The notes beneath the pieces were generated by a model. That model was not told the DNA's origin. It was given only the letters and a program-made list of their open reading frames with translations, and searched no databases. 64,000 nucleotides of DNA from the human T2T-CHM13v2.0 reference genome, Homo sapiens. The DNA is taken from assembly GCF_009914755.1 (NCBI RefSeq), contig NC_060940.1; one strand, 5' to 3'. Position 1 is the first letter of the stretch. Each line of letters begins with the position of its first letter. A program made the translations under genes and the position numbers. Shown piece by piece: positions 48,800-63,352 of the stretch.

Positions 48800-49139
48800 C
48801 TTTTAGTTTTCTTTTATCTGAAAATGTCTATTTCTGTCTGCGTTCTTGAGGGATATTTGCACTGAATGTAGAACTCAGGATGAACATATTTTAAAATCTT
48901 ATCTCTTCTAAGATATTCTTCCACAGTCTTCCAGCCGCCATGGTTTCAAACAAGAAGTCGGTGATCATTCAGGTGTTCTATATGTACTGTGTTATTTTGA
49001 ACTGGCTGCTTTCACGAGTATCTTTTTAGCTTTGATTTTCAACAGTTTGGCTATTATGTGCCTAGGTGTGGTTTTCTTGTATTTATCCTACTTAGATTTG
49101 CTAAGCTTCTCAAATCTGTATTCCTTGGCTATTTTTCTT

Positions 49140-49172
<33 letters not shown>

Positions 49173-50552
49173 TTTGCTTAAAACAACACTAATTTATTTT
49201 CTTACCATTACTGTATAAGTCTTACATGGGTATCAACGGGCTAAAATCAAGGTGAATTTGATTCCCTTCCAAAGGTTGTAGGAGAGAATCTATTTCTGCG
49301 GTTTTTCAAGCTTCTAGAAGCTACTCACATACCTTGGCTTGTGACTTCCTTCCTTCATCTCTGAAGCCAGTAACATTGTATCTCTTTGACTAGTCTTCCA
49401 CAGTCACACCATATCTTTTGTCCCCATTTTCTACTTTTTAAAATTTCAATAGTTTTGGGGGAAACAGGTGGTTTTTAGTTACATGGGTAAGTTCTTTAGT
49501 GGTGACTTCTGAGATTTTGGTGCACCCACCACCTGAGCAGTGTACACTGTACCCAATGTGTAATCTTTTATCCCTGCCCCACCCCAACACTTCCCCCAGT
49601 CCCCAAAGTCCATTATATCATTCTTATGCCTTTGCATCCTCGTAATTTAGCTCCCACTTACAAGTGAGAACATACGGTATTTGGTTTTGATGAGGATATT
49701 TTCCTTTACATCTTAGATGTCTTTTTCCTCCATGGTTATAATCACAGCTTTAAAAATCATTGTCTGCTAATTTCAACATCAGCGTCATCTTGAGGCCAGT
49801 TTTCACTGATTGTCTTTTTCTCTTGAAAATGTTACCTTTTTCCTGTTTCTTTATATGTCAACTAATTTTGTTTTTATTTATTTATTTATTTATTTTTGAG
49901 ATGGAGTCTTGCTCTGTCACCCAGGCTGGAGTGCAGTGGCGCAATCTCGGCTCACTGCAACTTCTGCCCCCTGGGTTCAAGCAATTCTCTGCCTCAGCCT
50001 CCCGAGTAGCTGGGATTACAGGCACCTGCAACCACGCCTGTCTAATTTTTGTATTTTTAGTAGAGATGGGGTTTCACCATGTTGACCAGGCTGTTCCTGA
50101 ACTCCTGACCTCGTGATCCACCCGCCTTGGCCTCCCAAAGTGCTGGGATTACAGGCATGAGCCACCGCGCCCGGCCTATGTCAAGTAATTTTGTATTGAA
50201 CACAGGACATTAGGGATATGTTGTAAACACTCTGGATTCTGTTATAATCTGAACAGCATTAATATTTTTGGGTTTTATTTCAGTAGGGACATAACTTGGC
50301 TGGAATCAAATGCAAAATCTCCTACCCCTACACCCATTGCAGCTCAAATCTTCGTTCAGCTTATTTAGCCTTAGCTGAGCTGCTTGGAGTCTGACCTACG
50401 AATATATACATGGTCCAGAAGCCAGCCAGATATTTAGACAATTATATACAGAATTTGGGCTACTCCTTTCTCCTTCTCTGTCTGGGATTTCTACTTTCCA
50501 GTAGGTATTTTTGCCCCAAATTCTATCCTCTGATTATAAAGGGCAGTAAACC

Positions 50553-50583
<31 letters not shown>

Positions 50584-50960
50584 GAGATAGAGTCTGACTC
50601 TGTTGCCCAGGCTAAAGTGCAGTGGCACTATCATAGCCTACTGCAACCTCAACCTCTCCAGGCTCAAGTGCTCCTCCCACCTCAGCCTTCCAAGTAGCTG
50701 GGACCACAGGCATGAAGTCTTAACTGCCCTGCACAGCACTGATTGGAACTTGCCTTCAGACTAAACTCATGAACTGGGAAATTCACCTGTGAAGTTCTCA
50801 TTTTCCATATATTGACTCCCTTCCAGTATCTGCCTGGCCTGTCACTCTCCAGTGCCTTCAGATAGTTGTTTTTTATATTCTCCCCAGAGTTTATAGTTGT
50901 TACCTGTGGTAGCGTTGATCATATGGGAGCTGGTCAGCCACACTGGAAATGGAAATCCTT
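48800..50960 (-). mobile_element. Nested L1 fragments (old L1M plus an L1PB-like 3' end at ~49440-49690) with MLT and Alu insertions
   Basis: ttttgggggaaacaggtggtttttagttacatgggtaagttctttagtggtg...agctcccacttacaagtgagaacatacgg is an antisense L1 3' end. Confidence 0.6.
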
Positions 50961-51554
50961 TGTCTCATTTAAATGAATAATGCAAATGGCCCCAGCTGAG
51001 AGATGGTAATCCTGAGTCTGGAAGGAAACAAAGTCACGGCATGTTACAGAATGGGCAGGAGAACAGTCGCCTATGGTTCTTTAAAACTGGGTTGGGGATT
51101 TTTAGAATCATAAACCAGACTGGCTTCTATGCAAATCCTCTGTTTTGTGCATTAGTAAGTTGGGGATAGTATTAACAAATAGTCAGTGTTCGTTAAGTGC
51201 TTACTAGGTCCAGTGTAGAGACCCTTAAATGCATATGAGCTTCGATTGCTTTTAGTGGGAAATTTTGCAGAGGAGGAGACTGAGGATTTGTGAGGTTAAA
51301 CTCAGGGTGATAGTAATTTGCATGATTAATCAATAATAATGATGGTTCATATTTATTGTATTATTATCATGTTGTAGATAATGCACTAGGGACTCTATTT
51401 ATGTTATCTCATTTAATCCTCCCAACAACCCTATCATGTAAGTACTGTTAACAGAGACTAAAAATGCTAAGTAAGGCAGGCGTGGTGGCTCACACTTGTA
51501 ATCCCAGTACTTTGGGAGACTGAGGCAAGAGGATCACTTGAGCCCAGGAATTCA

Positions 51555-51776
<222 letters not shown>

Positions 51777-52089
51777 CTATGTAACATGCCCAAAGTCACA
51801 TAATTGGCAAGGAGCAGCAGATCTGGGACTTGAACATAGGCAGATTAGCTCCAAGCCTATTTGCTTAACCTCTATACCACAATGCCTTCTTGCTATGGTA
51901 AAACATCTGAAAAGACCTATTACCCTATAGGTCCTCTAAGGAGGCATGTCGCCTTCCTCTTAGCAATACTAGATTGGCTCCAACAGAAGGCTGTGGGCTT
52001 CTCTGGCACATGCACCTGGGTAGGACCCAGAGAATATCTGTGGAGTCTGAATCAACCCAAAAGCCAATATCCATCCGTTCATCAGGAAC

Positions 52090-52257
52090 CCCAGCCTACA
52101 ACGCAAAAGAGGAAATCTTCCTAAGTAGAAATAAACTGTAATAAATTGCAGAGGTTCCCTCGTCCTGGTTTTCACTTCATGTTTTGGATGCTGCATGCTG
52201 GGTGAGCGGAGATTCCAGGCACTGGCCAGGGCAGCTGCCCTGACTCCAAGGGCTGCC
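52090..52257 (+). promoter_or_regulatory. CIITA: CIITA promoter I
   Basis: PU.1-like AAAAGAGGAAAT (~52105-52116), Ets/IRF-type GAAGTGAAAA on the - strand (52169-52178) and NF-kB-like GGAGATTCC (52208-52216), just upstream of the CARD exon. Confidence 0.75.
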
Positions 52258-52540
52258 ATGAACAACTTCCAGGCCATCCTGACTCAGGTGAGAATGCTGC
52301 TCTCCAGCCATCAGCCCAGCCTGGTGCAGGCCCTCTTGGACAACCTGCTGAAGGAGGACCTCCTCTCCAGGGAATACCACTGCACTCTGCTCCATGAGCC
52401 TGATAGTGAGGCTCTGGCCAGGAAGATCTCTTTGACCCTACTAGAGAAAGGAGACCTGGATTTGGCCCTCCTGGGGTGGGCCCGGAGTGGGCTGCAGCCC
52501 CCAGCAGCCGAGAGGGGCCCCGGCCACAGTGACCATGGTG
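52258..52540 (+). CDS. CIITA: CIITA type I (promoter I, myeloid/dendritic cell) first exon encoding a CARD-like domain
   Basis: Kozak-like gctgccATG. Encodes MNNFQAILTQVRMLLSSHQPSLVQALLDNLLKEDLLSREYHCTLLHEPDSEALARKISLTLLEKGDLDLALLGWARSGLQPPAAERGPGHSDHG, recognised as the CIITA isoform I N-terminus. Donor G|gtaagt at 52541, phase 1 (283 nt). Confidence 0.93.
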
Positions 52541-53720
52541 GTAAGTTGGCATCACTTTTAATCAAGGAGAAATGACAGACTGTAGACAGCTCAAGGATTT
52601 TCCCTCCTCTCTGAAAGGGAAGTCAATGGGAAGGCAGACTGGTGAGAAATCCAAGTGTCTAGTGAGCTGGCAGGAGCAGTGAAAACTTGGAGCACTGTCT
52701 CTGTTGCTGGGTGTGCTGGAGCGAACGGCGTGCTTCCCACTCTGCTGGAAGGAACCATCCCAGGGGCACGCAGCCAAATGCCTGCTTGGGTTCACTCCCT
52801 GAGCCCTGACGATACACCAACATTAACGGGGCATGGATGGACAGATCAGCTCCTGCCTTCAAAGGGGTCTGCTGTCTAGTGGGGAAGATGGATGCAGGCA
52901 CAATCAGTGTGAGTCAAAATGAGAGAAATGGGGCCGGGTGCACTGGCTCACGCCTGTAATCCCAGCATTTTGGGAGGCCAAGGCAGGTGGATCACCTGAG
53001 ATCAGTTCGACACCAGCCTGGCCAACATGGCAAAACCCTGTCTGTACTAAAAAATACAAAAAACAGCCAGACATCCTGGTGGGTGCCTGTAGTCCCAGCT
53101 ACTCAGGAGGCTGAGGCAGGAGAATTGCTTGAACTGGGAAGGCAGAGGTTGCAATGAGCCGAGATCACGCTACTGCACTCCAGTCTGGGCAACAGAGCAA
53201 GACTCCATCTCAAAAAAAAAAATAGAGAAATGGGGTGCAGAGAAAGGAGGAGCCAGAGAAAAAGCTGAAAGCAGAGCCCACTGTGTGTGTTGGGGGGGGG
53301 GGCATGTGTGCGTTTGCATGCATTTGCTTGTGTGTGCATGTGTGTGTCTGTGTGACACACAGAGACAGAAACCGAAAGACAGAGGGAGAGCGAGAAAGGA
53401 AGGGAGAGAAAGACAGACACAGAAAGAGACAGAGAGACAGGCAGAGACAGGGAGAAAAGGGAGGGAGAGGAAGGAAGGTGGAGGCTGATGGAGGAAGAGA
53501 AAAAGGGAGAAGGTGGGGGAAAGAAAGAGAGAGAAAGAGAGAATAAGAACTCGCTTACGGGAGAGAGAATGAAGGCCTTATTTTTAAGAGCGTTGGTGGC
53601 ACACAATCATCTCAAACCAGAAAGACAAGCCCGCACTGTCCTCTTTCCACTCACATCCTTGGCTCCTCCAACTTTTTACGTCTCCTACCCACTTACAAAG
53701 AAGTCCTCCCTTCATTGTAA

Positions 53721-53900
<180 letters not shown>

Positions 53901-53903
53901 TAA

Positions 53904-54095
<192 letters not shown>

Positions 54096-55480
54096 TAACA
54101 GTGATTGACATTGATTATTTAGTGTGCCAGAAACAGCCTAAGCGCAATCTAGAACCCTCTTACTTCTCCCTTGACCTTGAGCCCTTTGATCCCCATCCTT
54201 ATTTAACACTTAAAGAAGAAAACAGACTCTGCCCAGGGGTGACGCAACTTGCCCAGGTCCCCCAGGTGGGAAGCGGTGAAGACTGGATTTGAAGACAGAC
54301 AAGCTTTGATCTTCAACTTAGCCTTCAGGGCATCAAATGCATTTTGGCGGCCTTATCTTGGGCACCAGGGCAGTGTTGTTTACCAGCTTTCCTGCCAAGA
54401 CAACATTTCTACAGGGCTGGTTCTTCTTGTGGTCAAATTCTCACCCAAGTGGTTTCCATCGTCTATTGGACTCCTCTTTAATTCTCTTCCTCCTAACAGT
54501 CACCTAGGCAAAGGGGCATCTTTACCACCCAAACATTCTCCCTTGGCTTCTCAACAGGGGCGCAGACAGCCAGTGTGGTCTTGATGGTGGCACAGATGCC
54601 ACCTGGGGGAGAAGCCAGAACCTTCCTCTCTCCCTGGCTGCAGCCCCTCCTGCCCCAGCCACATGTGCCTTCACTGCCGGACACTTCAGCCCCTCCCACC
54701 CCCTCTTTCCGAGAGTGCTGGTTCCTGTTATTTAACTCTGTTTCCTCCCTCGGGAGGTAATATATTTATTTCTGATCCCACGTGACTCCAGAAAGTGGAA
54801 CTGCACTCGGGGCCCAGTGTGGTCTTCGGGGAGCTGGGAGGGGTGCAGGGCAAGTTGCTCTTTTCCTGCTTTCTCTTTCTGCCCTCCAGCCAGCTTCCCT
54901 CCAGGGCTGCCAGGCTTGACCTGCGACAGTGGGCAGGTGTGCTGCTGCTGGGCAGCTCTCAGAGGGGAAGAAAGAGGACAGGGCAAGAGAATTGCATGGT
55001 TTGTAAACAAAGGGCACTGACTTTCATTTTGATGGGGGTTCGGAAAAGGAAATCATCCATGTGGGGTTTTTGTGACCCTCCCTCTCAACCACTCTATAAT
55101 GACCTTGGCCCTCTGCTGTGCTAAACGCTGCACTGGCTCCCACGTTACTCAGAGAAAAAGCTAAATCTGGACAATGGCCCACAAGGCCTTTCCTACCTCA
55201 TCAGCTCCCTGCTCTCATCCCCTACTCCTGTCTGCCTTGTTCATCTACTCCAGCCATGTTGGCACCCTCGCTGTTCCTTAGACACGCTCAGCACACTGTC
55301 TGCCTCAGAACCTTTGCACATGCCGTTCCCTCTGCCTGGAGCACTGTTCTCTAAGCATTTTCTTGGTCAACCTCCTAAATTCCTTCTATTCTTTGCACCT
55401 TATCAATGAAGCCTGCCCTGACCAAGCCATTTAGAATTGCAACTCCTCCCTCCACACTCTGAGCCCCCTCCCCAGATTGA

Positions 55481-55831
<351 letters not shown>

Positions 55832-57085
55832 TGACCCTCCCACTGGAAAATAAACTCCACATGGACATGGATCTATGTTTTGATCACAATATGTCCCAAA
55901 TACCTAGCACAGGGCCTGAGCACAGGGTAGGTATGCAATATATATTTGTTGAATGTTCAGTGGATGGATGGGTTGATGAGTGGGTAGATGGATGAATGGA
56001 TAGTTCATGTAATGCCATTATTCCTACTTTACCAATGAGTAAACTGAGGCACAGAGAAGTTAAGTGATTTGCCTCTGGTCATGACCTGAGGAGGGAGACT
56101 ATGGGGTCTCATGAGTCCTGGCCAATTGCAGTACTTCCTGCAAAAAAAAAAAAAAAAAAAAAAAAAAGTACTGCTTTAGCTTCCTCTTCTAAACAACCCA
56201 AGGGGCTACCGTAAATCTACCCCAAATAGGTTGGCAGTCTTCAAACTGAAACCAGCCTGATGATTCAGAAGTCCCCTTCAGATATTGCAGTGCCTTAGGT
56301 GCAATTGTGCAGAAAGCCCAGTTCTGGAGATGGGAGCTTAGGGGTTTCGCTCTGTGCTACACTGAGCAACCTGTGTGCATCCAGCCCCAGGAAAGTTCCA
56401 GTGAGTCCCAAGAGTCAAAGTCCTTGCCCTGGAGGAACTCAGGTGCCTCAGTGGGAAGTTAAAGCAAACATTTAGGCAGTCCCTGGTCAACAGTGGGTCA
56501 CAACATCTGAACAACATCTATCAGAGGCCAAAGAAGGGGGAGCTAGGATGGGTGATGATGGAAAAAGAACCAGGCTGGAGGCTGGACAGCTGGACAGCTC
56601 TGGATCTGAAGCCATGTTCTGCTCCTTACGTACCATGTGACCTTGGCCACATGACTAGACCACTCGGAATCTCAGTTTCTTCATCTCTGAAATGGGAGCA
56701 ATGATACGAATCTCCCAGGGCTCTAGTGAGGGTTAAATGAGATGGTAGGTAGAAACCTTCCAAGGCAGTGCTTGGCATTAGGTCGCACTGTATAAATATC
56801 AGACCACTCTGAGTCTAACAGCAAGGAGAATGGAACAGGAAGAAGATAAACCAGGGGTTTGAGGCACCAAGAAAAATAATTACTGCAGTCTGGGGGCCCC
56901 AGACAATATCTAGACACCTACCCCATGCAAAATGCAGTGCTGAGTGCTTGGGTACTGTGCATATTTGAGAAACAAATCAATGTGGCCCCTGCCCTCGAGT
57001 TGAACTGGCACATGGGCCATGTCCTCAGACAGCCTGAGTGCCTGTCCTGCCTTCCCAATTCCAAGAGGTATGACTTTGAGCACTT

Positions 57086-57283
57086 CCCGGGCGCCCCGCC
57101 TCAGTTTCCCCATCTATAAAGTGGAGATGATAATAGCATTCAGAGTCACTGATCTAAGGGCTCAGGGACACCATTCAGTGTAAGCCCCATACACTCCCTG
57201 CAAGAGGAAGCTGGTTCTGACTCAGCCTTGAGGCTGGCGTCTGAGGCAACCACAAGCCCAACGTGCATGGTGGAAAGATGACT
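57086..57283 (+). other. CIITA: Probable CIITA type II (promoter II) non-coding first exon
   Basis: Matches my recollection of the CIITA type II 5' leader (CCCGGGCGCCCCGCCTCAG...GGAAAGATGACT). Strong donor gtaagt at 57284. Position lies between pI and pIII. Internal PU.1 (57202-57210) and AP-1 TGACTCA (57218-57224) motifs. The 5' boundary is approximate. Confidence 0.6.
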
Positions 57284-58132
57284 GTAAGTGGGGGCAACCT
57301 CAGCTGGCCTTGGGTTTGACCATGGAATGCGAGGCACAAAGGGGCCCATTTTGCATACTTTCTCAGAGGCTGTAGGGCACCCCTGCCAGGGTCTTACATT
57401 TTATTGATTCCTCTGACTCTACTTTGTTGGTTGTTTTTGTTGTTCTGATTTCATTGCGTGACATTTTTGCCCATGAGGTCTCAGTTCTAGGAATGACAGA
57501 ACAAAGGCTCCCTCTGGGAAGTCGCCTGATTTATTGGAAAGGGAGGAACACCCCACCCTTAGGGATCGCTAAGCTCCCTTCCTCCAGCTTCCTTCCCCAT
57601 CTGGCCCTTAGGATGTGAGAAACCAGAGCTGTGACACACCAGAGAGGAGAGAGGCTGTGCCCTCTCACCTTCTGGGCTTCCTTTCCTGAGAACCAGCCCC
57701 TGTTCTGATTTTGGGAGTCTCCTTTGCCTCAGGGAGGGGGATGTGTTGGCGAGGAAGACTCGTGCCTTTCATCTTGGACTGCTTCTCTGGCCCTCTACCC
57801 CAGGAACCACAGAAGGAGACACACCTGTACCCGGAAGCTGGCATTTCCCCATGGGTTTTCCCAGGCCAGCCTGTTCCAAACACAGCTTGCCCCCAAGCCT
57901 GGCACTTCTCCAACCAGTCACGGTTTCTGTTCTCTGTTGCTATGACCTTGAGCAGTTCACCTGCGTTCCTTACTGTCTACTTTCCCATCCACCTACCTGC
58001 CTGCCCTCCAACTTTCCTGATCTGTGTACCTACCTTCCTATATCTACTTCTTTTTATTATTATTATCATTATTCTCACCCTGTCTTTTTTTTAATTTTTT
58101 TTGGGTGGGGGGGACACAGTCTTGCTTTGTAG

Positions 58133-58492
<360 letters not shown>

Positions 58493-58876
58493 TAATCCAT
58501 TTCTCTACCTACCTAATCACCCATATATTTCCCATGTATTTACATGTCAAAGTATTTCCCTGCATTCCTACCAGCTAAGCCCCCTTTACAACAATCCATC
58601 AGCAGGTCCAGGTTCTCATACACCCTCCCATGTCCCTCCCTAATTTGGATACATAGCAGTTGTATTCTACTCACCTATCTCCCTATTCACCGATCTCTTT
58701 CTCTCCCTTTCTTGCCTCCTTTCTTTCCTTCTCCTGAATCATTTATTTAGCACCTGCTAGAAATTATGGTGGACTCCCCATCCAGTGCTCTTTCACCAAA
58801 AAGCATGAGATGAAGAAGGACTTTTAACCTAGTAGGGGAGGAATCTTCATCCATTTGGAACTGGAGGCTGCCTTGA

Positions 58877-59194
<318 letters not shown>

Positions 59195-61644
59195 TAGCCT
59201 CCCAAAGTGCAGTGTGCCACTGCACCTCGCCTGATAATGTGTCTTTCAAATGCTCAGTCTTGTGTAGGTATTGGGGTAAGTGCAGAAAATTAAAGACCTG
59301 ATCCTAGACATTAACAGATGTATGATCTAATCAGAGGTAGCAGAGATGATGCTTATGAACTTGAAAGTTAAAGTTGTATTGCCAAATAATGTTGCAGCAA
59401 GTTTTGTAAAACACAGCAAAGCAAGAAAATTATAGTTAGCTGGAAGCGCGATGAAGGTGGGAACTCGAGCTTTGCAGGATGGCTAAAATATAGACCAAAA
59501 GGGAGAAGGCAGGAGAGCAGCACCGGGAGGGAGCAAGCTCCCAGCATTCTTCCTTGGCTTGCAGGGAACCAAGGTGCAAAGGTAGGACTGAGCAGAATCT
59601 GTTTTGGGAGACTGCAGCAAGGACCGGCAATTTTTCCAGAACAACTGTTCTTTACTTGGAAGACCTAGTTACTCCCCATCTCTCCCTGGGACTTGCCAGG
59701 GGACCCCAGCATGGCAACCTTAATGATGGTTCTGCTGGGTGCTAGTGGTTGCTGGCATGCTAGTTTCTGACTCGAGACAAATAAATTCAGATCCCTAGGG
59801 TAAGACCGGCTTCAGCAGCACCTCTCCTGACAGGGGTCCCGTCTCAGGAGAGAACTGACTTTGTCCCAAGCAGACCTGGGCTCGGGGAATCCTCATCACC
59901 TCTGCAAGAGTTTTTTGTTGTTGCTGTTGTTGTGTTTTGTTGTGTTTTGTTTTTGTTTTTGATTTTTTGAAATAGAGTCTCGCTCTGAAGCCCAGGCTGG
60001 AGTGCAGTGGTGTGATCTCGGCTCACTTGCAACCTCCACCTCCCCCAGGTTCAAGCAATTCTCCTGCCTCAGCCTCCCAAGTAACTGGGATTACAGGCGT
60101 GCACCACCACACCTGGATAATTTTTCTATTTTTAGTAGAGACAGGGTTTCACCATGTTGGCCAGGCTGGTTTCGAATTCCTGACCTCAGGTGATCCGCCC
60201 GCCTCAGTCTCCTAAAGTGTTGAGATTACAGGCGTGAGCCACCACGCCCGGCCTGCAGGAGTCTTTAAGAGGCAGGAACAAGGATGCAGGTGTTTCAACA
60301 GAGAGGAAGCCTGGGGTGGGCTTCATTCCTCCTCGTGCTCTTTGCCCCCATTCACTCAGTGCTAGAGGTTGTCATTCTGCCTCTGAGACATCCGGCCCCC
60401 TCCCTCTCCATCCCCACACCCTCACCTGCCACAGCTGAAATCCAGGTGTGCCTCAGCTCCTGGCTGGGTACCACTGCCACTCATCTGTAGACTCTCTACC
60501 CTGGTGCCTTCAGGTGCCAAAGTGCATCCTCTGCCATCAGTCAAACACACAGTTTGACGGATGTCACTTGCTCTGCTCAGAGACCTGCACCGACACAGGC
60601 ATGGTCAGGTTCAGGTCTTGTGGACAAGAACTGGGTCTGGAGGAGTCAGGGAAGATGTAGATGAGGAAGGTGGTACTGAAACGAACCTCTGGTACAGGGA
60701 AGATGTACCAGGCAGCTGCAGTCACCCAGGTGAGAGATGGTAGTCCTGGCTGGCCCATTCTAAGTTCCAAAGCTGCCTTGGCCATCGGTCTGAGGGTGGG
60801 ATGGGGGGACATCAGAACCAGCTGTCTCTGAGAACATAAAGGGACCCCCATATGGGACCTCAAGACAGCTGAGCAGTCAGAGGCGCCTCTCCCGTGGCAC
60901 CAGGTCATAGGATAATGAGACTTCTTAGAATTTCTTTCTTTTTTTTTCTTTTTTTTGAGACTGAGTCTCACTCTGTCACCCACGCTTGAGTGCAGTGGCA
61001 CTATCTAAGCTCACTGCAACCTCCACCTCCCGGGTTCATGTGATTCTCATCCCTCAGTCTCCCGAGTAGCACACGCACCATCACGCCCAGGCTAATTTTT
61101 GTATTTTTAGTAGAGAAAGGATTTTGCCACGTTGGCCAGGCTGGTCTTCAACTCCTGACCTCAAATGATCTGCCCACCTCAGCCTCCCAAAGGACTAGGA
61201 TTACAGGCATGAGCCACTGTGCCTGGTCATTCTTAGAATTTCTGACATTCACCATATCCGTTTGTTAGCCCCACTAAGCAAGGCTGTTTCAAATTGACTC
61301 AGCATTTCTTATTTGTCAATTTCTACCCCACTCCTCACCCGGGGACTTCTGAAAACAGTGAAGGCTTCAAAGTAATCACCTTACAAAGAAGGGCATCATC
61401 CTCATTTCACACATGGGGAAACTGAGGACCACAGAGAGGAAGTAAAGAGGCCAAGGTCACACACCTGCTACTAAGTTCCCCGTCCAGTGCTCTTTCAGCA
61501 AAAATGCATGAGGCACACAAGTCATGTTTCCAAACCTTCATTTCAGTACCACCTTCATCATTTTTGTGTTTTCCACATAACACTTTACTATTATTTATGA
61601 CAGGGTTTTTTTTAACCACTCACCTTTTTTACTTATCTTTCTTT

Positions 61645-62285
61645 TCTTTTTCTTTAGGAGAGGCAGGATCTCACTCTGTTGCCCAGGCTGGAGTGTATTT
61701 CATGATCATAGCTCACTGCAGCCTCCAACTCCTGGGCACACTCGATCCTCCCACTTCAGCCTCCAGAGTAGCTGGGACTATAGTTGTGCACCATCATACA
61801 TGGCTAATTTTTAAAAAATCATTTGTAGAAAAATTAGCTGGATGTAGGAGAATGGCGTGAACCCAGGAGGCGGAGCTTGCAGTGAGCCAAGATAGCGCCA
61901 CTGCAGTCCAGCCTGGGCGAAAGAGCGCGACTCCGTCTCAAAAAAAGAAAAAAAGAAAAGAAAAGAAAAATTAGCTGGACATAGTGGCAGGTGCCTGTAA
62001 TCCCAGCTGCTCGGGAGGCTGAGGCAGGAGAATCAGTTGAACCCAGAACCCGGGAGGCGGAGGTTGCAGCGAGCCAAGATCATGCCATTGCACTCTAGCC
62101 TGGCAATAAGAGTGAAACTCCGTCTAAAAAAAAACAAAAACAAACAAAAAAAACCCCAACAATTTGTAGACATAGGGTGTCACTATGTTGCCCAGGCTAG
62201 CCTCCAACTCCCGGCTTCAAGCAATCCTCCTGCTTCGGCCTCCCAAAATGTTGGAATTACAGGCACAAGCCACCTGGCCCAGCCA
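61645..62285. mobile_element. Triple-nested Alu structure upstream of CIITA pIII
   Basis: An antisense Alu is split by a sense right monomer (duplication atttgtaga at 61821 and 62162). That monomer is split by a truncated AluY-like copy (TSD agaaaaattagctgga at 61827 and 61964). Confidence 0.75.
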
Positions 62286-62809
62286 TCTACTTTATATTCA
62301 AATAAAACTTTACGTCCCATTATAAAGGGAAAAAATGGCAAAAACAGGAGGTAACCATTTAACAAGAAAGCAGAGTGATGTTAGATTATAGCAAGATACT
62401 GTTGACTGTAGAAGGCTCTGAGGCTAGAGAGCTGCTTTCTATAAAACGGAGTGATCATATATTAGAAGAGGTGTTAAAGACATGTTCACACCAAGCTGAG
62501 ACTTCCTCCTTGATACCACCAGGAGGATGGGCAGAGACTGGAAAAGACACTAACTTTCTCCCTATGGGAGTCAGTATTATTTAGCATCACTTTGGCGGGT
62601 CACCCCAAACCATCTGACTACAAGGGTACCATATTTGGGTTAACACTCTTTTGGTATAATTTATGTTTTAGTCCAATGTCTTGGGATGAAAATGACAGGT
62701 GGGCCACTTATGATCTCCAGAGAAATTCAGGGCAATTTGGTGTGGGAGTAGGCATGGTAGAGGAGAGCAGCATCTAAGAAGTCCCCAGCAGAGGCTCTCA
62801 GCTTGTCTT

Positions 62810-63170
62810 GAGGCATCTGGGCGGAGGGCTATGATACTGGCCCCATCCTGCAGAAGGTGGCAGATATTGGCAGCTGGCACCAGTGCGGTTCCATTGTGAT
62901 CATCATTTCTGAACGTCAGACTGTTGAAGGTTCCCCCAACAGACTTTCTGTGCAACTTTCTGTCTTCACCAAATTCAGTCCACAGTAAGGAAGTGAAATT
63001 AATTTCAGAGGTGTAGGGAGGGCTTAAGGGAGTGTGGTAAAATTAGAGGGTGTTCAGAAACAGAAATCTGACCGCTTGGGGCCACCTTGCAGGGAGAGTT
63101 TTTTTGATGATCCCTCACTTGTTTCTTTGCATGTTGGCTTAGCTTGGCGGGCTCCCAACTGGTGACTGGT
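62810..63170 (+). promoter_or_regulatory. CIITA: CIITA promoter III (B-cell/lymphoid)
   Basis: E-boxes CATCTG (62814) and CAGCTG (62871), EICE/PRDM1-type GGAAGTGAAA (62989-62998), RUNX TGTGGT (63033-63038), octamer-like CTTTGCAT (~63125) and NF1-like TTGGCGGGCTCCCAA (63144-63158). This fits the known pIII architecture. Confidence 0.88.
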
Positions 63171-63300
63171 TAGTGATGAGGCTAGTGATGAGGCTGTGTG
63201 CTTCTGAGCTGGGCATCCGAAGGCATCCTTGGGGAAGCTGAGGGCACGAGGAGGGGCTGCCAGACTCCGGGAGCTGCTGCCTGGCTGGGATTCCTACACA

Positions 63301-63352
63301 ATGCGTTGCCTGGCTCCACGCCCTGCTGGGTCCTACCTGTCAGAGCCCCAAG
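63301..63352 (+). CDS. CIITA: CIITA type III first coding exon (MRCLAPRPAGSYLSEPQ-G); 5'UTR from ~63168
   Basis: ATGCGTTGCCTGGCTCCACGC...CCCCAAG|gtaaaa is the canonical CIITA N-terminus. The phase-1 donor at 63353 matches the phase of the pI exon, so both can splice to the shared exon 2. Confidence 0.96.
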
